Positions 60,848-64,000 of a stretch of DNA of 64,000 nucleotides are shown one piece after another. The DNA comes from Thermomicrobiales bacterium (GTDB lineage: Bacteria; Chloroflexota; Chloroflexia; Thermomicrobiales; UBA6265): positions 2,309 to 66,308 of the forward strand of contig JBARWF010000134.1 of the NCBI GenBank assembly GCA_049646645.1. The letters run 5' to 3'. The notes below the pieces were generated by a model that saw nothing but the letters and a program-made list of their open reading frames with translations, was not told where the DNA came from and did not search any database. A program made the translations under genes and the position numbers. Numbering within the stretch: position 1 is the stretch's first letter; each line of letters opens with the position of its first letter.

Positions 60848-62014
60848 CTACTGCGCAGCGCGCACATTGGCGAGCCGGTCCAGCGCCGCATCGAGCGTTG
60901 CATCCTGCTTGGCGAAGCAGAAGCGCACCACGGTGCTCACGGCGCCGTCCGCATAGAAGGCGCTGACCGGGATCGCCGCGACGCCGAGGTTCCGGACGAG
61001 CCAGGTGCAGAAGTCGACGTCAGTACCACGGTTCAACTTCGCGATATCGACGTTGAGAAAATACGTGCCCTCGCTCGGAAGCACATCGAAACCGAGATCC
61101 GCCAGCCCGTTGGCGAACCGGTCACGGCTCGCCGCGAATCGTGCCCGCATGTCGGTGAAATAGGCGTCCTCCTTGCCCAGACCGTAGGCGACCGCTGCTT
61201 GCAGGTTGGGCGGTGTGGTGAAGGTCAGGAACTGGTGTGCCTTTGCCAGCACCGCGAGCAGGTCCGGCGCGGCACAGACGAAGCCGACCTTCCAGCCGGT
61301 TAATGAGAAGATCTTGCCCGCCGAGCCGATCTTCACCGTCCGCTCGCGCATGCCCGGCAGCACGATCAGCGGGATGTGCTGCCGGACATCGAAGATGACG
61401 TGCTCCCAGACCTCGTCGCAGATCGCAATGACGTCGTGCGTGACACAGGCGCGGGCGAGCAGCTCCAGTTCCTCGCGGGAGTAGACCCGCGCCGCCGGGT
61501 TGTGTGGGTTGTTGAAGAGCACGACCCTGGTCTTCGGTGTGAAGGCAGCCGCCAGCGCCTTCTCCGTGAGCCGCCAGTCCGGTGGCCCCAGCGTGACGAA
61601 GCGGGGGATGCCCCCGGCGCGGCGCACGAGCGGCAGGTAGGCGTCATACATCGGCTCGAAGAGCACGACCTCGTCACCCGGCTCGATCAACGCCAGCAGC
61701 GCCCCGGCAATCGCCTCCGTCGCGCCCGACGTGATCATGACCTCCCGCTCCGGATCAAGCGTCAAATCCTGATGGTGCTCGTAGTGCGCGGCGACGGCCT
61801 GCCGCAGCTCCGGCAGGCCGAGCATCGGCGGATACTGGTTCCAGCCATCGAGCACGGCGTCTGCGGCCACCCGGCGCACGTCCTCCGGGCCGGGATCGTC
61901 GGGAAAGCCCTGCCCGAGGTTGACCGAGTTGGTCTCGCGGGCGAGCACCGACATGACCTCGAAGATCGTCGTGGGCAGGGCGGAGAGCACGCTATTCACC
62001 GGGGATCCCCTCAC
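60848..62014 (-). CDS. PLP-dependent class I aminotransferase (YbdL/kynurenine-type), Lys intact
   Basis: The motifs NPHNPAARVY and GSAGKIFSLTGWKVGF (Schiff-base Lys present) support the call. A 4-nt overlap with the meaB stop is present. Confidence 0.85.
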   Translation of the reverse strand: MRGSPVNSVLSALPTTIFEVMSVLARETNSVNLGQGFPDDPGPEDVRRVAADAVLDGWNQYPPMLGLPELRQAVAAHYEHHQDLTLDPEREVMITSGATEAIAGALLALIEPGDEVVLFEPMYDAYLPLVRRAGGIPRFVTLGPPDWRLTEKALAAAFTPKTRVVLFNNPHNPAARVYSREELELLARACVTHDVIAICDEVWEHVIFDVRQHIPLIVLPGMRERTVKIGSAGKIFSLTGWKVGFVCAAPDLLAVLAKAHQFLTFTTPPNLQAAVAYGLGKEDAYFTDMRARFAASRDRFANGLADLGFDVLPSEGTYFLNVDIAKLNRGTDVDFCTWLVRNLGVAAIPVSAFYADGAVSTVVRFCFAKQDATLDAALDRLANVRAAQ

Positions 62015-63012
62015 TCATGGTCGATATCGCCAGACGGCGCGATCCGGCTGACGAGAGCACTCGCCGCCCTGTGTGGCGTCATCTGGCGCGCGATCACCTC
62101 ATCGATCACGCCACCAAAGCCACCGGCGAGCGTCGATTGTCGCTGCGCCACGCGTTGCAGGTCGGCCTGCACCCGCGTCGTGATCTCGGCGACGGCGATC
62201 TCTCGTTGCCGGGTCGCGAGATTGCCGGTCATTTCCAGCCACGCGCGATGCTTGTCGATCGCGTCGAGCAGCGCGTCTGTTCCCTCCTGCCGCACGGCGC
62301 TCGTCTTCAGCACCGGCGCCTGCCAGACGGATTCGTGCTCGACGACGGGCTCCAGCGTCAGTGTTCGCAGGCGGCGAAGATCGCGTGCGAGGTCATTTGC
62401 CTCCGGGCGGTCCGCCTTCGTGACCACGATGATGTCACCGATCTCCAGCGACCCCGCCTTCAGCGTCTGGATGCTGTCGCCCATCCCCGGCACCTGCACG
62501 AGTAGGGTCGTCAGGGCGAGGCTGGCGATCCCGACCTCATCCTGCCCGGTGCCGACCGTCTCCAGGATGACCGGGTCGAACCCGGCCGCGTCGAACGCGT
62601 GCGCGACCGCTAGCGCGTTCTGGGCGAGCCCGCCGCCGAACCGCCGCGATGCCATGCTCCGGATGAAGACGTTCGGGTCGTCGTACCACTCAAGCATCCT
62701 GATCCGGTCCCCGAGGGTCGCGCCGCCCGTCAGCGGGCTGGAGGGATCGATCGCGATCACGGCGACCGATTTTCCACGCGCACGATAGGCGCGGATCATC
62801 TCGTTGACGAGGGTCGATTTGCCACCGCCCGGCGGACCGGTGATGCCGATCAGGTGGGCGCCGCCGGTGTGTGGGTAGAGCTTGTCGAGGGAGGCGAGTC
62901 CCACCTCATCGTCGTTTTCGATGTAGGTGAGCAGGCGCGCGAGCGCCCGCCGGTCGCCTTGCAGCACGCGGGCGGCGAGACCTGGCCGGGCCGGCGATCC
63001 TTGGGCGGTCAC
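62011..63012 (-). CDS. meaB: Methylmalonyl-CoA mutase-associated G-protein chaperone
   Basis: It has the P-loop GITGPPGGGKSTL and the ArgK/MeaB signature ETVGTGQDE...VVTKADR. The start is GTG, abutting the upstream stop. Confidence 0.88.
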   Translation of the reverse strand: MTAQGSPARPGLAARVLQGDRRALARLLTYIENDDEVGLASLDKLYPHTGGAHLIGITGPPGGGKSTLVNEMIRAYRARGKSVAVIAIDPSSPLTGGATLGDRIRMLEWYDDPNVFIRSMASRRFGGGLAQNALAVAHAFDAAGFDPVILETVGTGQDEVGIASLALTTLLVQVPGMGDSIQTLKAGSLEIGDIIVVTKADRPEANDLARDLRRLRTLTLEPVVEHESVWQAPVLKTSAVRQEGTDALLDAIDKHRAWLEMTGNLATRQREIAVAEITTRVQADLQRVAQRQSTLAGGFGGVIDEVIARQMTPHRAASALVSRIAPSGDIDHE

Positions 63013-63480
63013 CTACGGGAAATCCTCGCGCAGGGGCGCATTGTCCCGCACGAAGGCAATCGCGTCCTGCAATCGGGTGCCCGGTCCGAAGACCTCGGCA
63101 ACACCCATCTGCTTGACGAGCGGTATGTCCTCGCTGGGAATTGTCCCTCCGGCGATCACCAGGGCATCATCGCGCCCGACCCGTTGCAGGGCCGCCATGA
63201 TCTCGGGAAACAGCGTCAGGTGCGCGCCGGAGAGGATGCTCAGGCCGACGACATCGACATCCTCCTGCAACGCCGCACTCGCGATCATCTCCGGCGTCTG
63301 GAAGAGCCCGGTGTAGATCACCTCGAATCCGGCGTCGCGGAAGGCCCGCGCCAGCACTTTCGCGCCACGGTCGTGCCCGTCCAGTCCCGGCTTGGCAACG
63401 AGGATCCGGATTGGGCGATGGCGCCGTTCATCGGTTGGTGCCGATGCGGTGTCCGGCGCTTCCGTCGGTTCGTTCGTCAT
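63013..63480 (-). CDS. Acyl-CoA mutase small (B12-binding) subunit
   Basis: The cobalamin-binding motif DGHDRGAKV lies within [33 protein letters not shown]. Confidence 0.88.
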   Translation of the reverse strand: MTNEPTEAPDTASAPTDERRHRPIRILVAKPGLDGHDRGAKVLARAFRDAGFEVIYTGLFQTPEMIASAALQEDVDVVGLSILSGAHLTLFPEIMAALQRVGRDDALVIAGGTIPSEDIPLVKQMGVAEVFGPGTRLQDAIAFVRDNAPLREDFP

Positions 63481-63492
63481 CTGTTTCCTCGG

Positions 63493-64000
63493 TTATGCGT
63501 CGACATTGTCATAGGTATGGAAGCCGCCACCGGTCTTCCGTCCGAGCCGTCCCGCCGCCACCATCTGGCGCAGGAGCGGCGCGGGCCGGTACTTGTCGTC
63601 GCCGAATTCGCGCTGCAGGACCTCCATGATCGCCAGGCAGACATCGAGACCAATCATGTCCGCCAGTGCGAGCGGCCCCATCGGATGGGCGGCGCCGAGC
63701 TTCATCACGGTGTCGATGTCCTCGGCCGTAGCAACGCCTTCCGCGAGGCAGAAGACCGCCTCGTTGATCATCGGCAGCAGAAGGCGGTTGGCAACGAACC
63801 CCGCCGTATCGGCGACATCAACCGGCGTCTTGCCCATCTGCGCCGCGAGTTCGCGGACACGAGCGACCGTCTCGTCGCTCGTTTGCAACCCGCGGATGAC
63901 CTCGACCAGTTTGAGGACCGGCGCGGGGTTGAAGAAGTGCATGCCCGCGACTCGCCCCGGGTTGGGAACCGTTGCCGCGAGCGCGGTGATCGAGATCGAC
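63493..64000 (-). CDS. hbd: 3-hydroxyacyl/3-hydroxybutyryl-CoA dehydrogenase (C-terminal part; N-terminus beyond window)
   Basis: It has the motifs [16 protein letters not shown] and [15 protein letters not shown]. The reading frame stays open to base 64000 (..[25 protein letters not shown]). Confidence 0.85.
   Translation of the reverse strand, partial: SISITALAATVPNPGRVAGMHFFNPAPVLKLVEVIRGLQTSDETVARVRELAAQMGKTPVDVADTAGFVANRLLLPMINEAVFCLAEGVATAEDIDTVMKLGAAHPMGPLALADMIGLDVCLAIMEVLQREFGDDKYRPAPLLRQMVAAGRLGRKTGGGFHTYDNVDA

Overview
This is a high-GC bacterial chromosomal segment that is densely coding, with about 58 supported CDS. Most genes are core housekeeping: coaE, an ABC-F ATPase, lysA, two sigma-70 paralogs, obg, cmk-plsC, rluB, rph, rarA, tsaC, uvrC, femX-murE, aspS, lepA, murJ, rpsT, holA, yebC-ruvC-tlyA-larB and a meaB/B12-mutase/hbd cluster. 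I recognised no rRNA, tRNA, CRISPR array, transposase, integrase or phage gene. Nearly every longer intergenic gap holds copies of two interspersed repeat families. One is a roughly 135-nt MITE-like element with about 28-nt inverted arms. The other is a roughly 50-nt double-hairpin REP-like unit. The arm motifs (gtcatttcgagcg.agtcgagaaatctc and gggcggac...gtccgccc-ctac) resemble repeats I associate with Chloroflexota/Thermomicrobia, but that taxonomic guess is inference only. I could not identify a clear novel multi-gene system such as a defense island. The most unusual loci are: (1) a stand-alone, translationally coupled ketosynthase pair whose second member has Phe in place of the catalytic Cys, giving a KS/CLF-like architecture; (2) a HisC-fold protein lacking the PLP-binding Lys, coupled to an intact metallophosphoesterase; (3) an uncharacterised module (45-aa ORF, 583-aa protein, HEAT-repeat protein) directly upstream of femX-murE; (4) a lower-GC patch carrying an orphan 260-aa gene next to the second sigma-70 gene, which has a long AT-rich leader. 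Many ORF-track starts are over-extended, so starts were re-picked from conserved N-termini and Shine-Dalgarno context and remain approximate.
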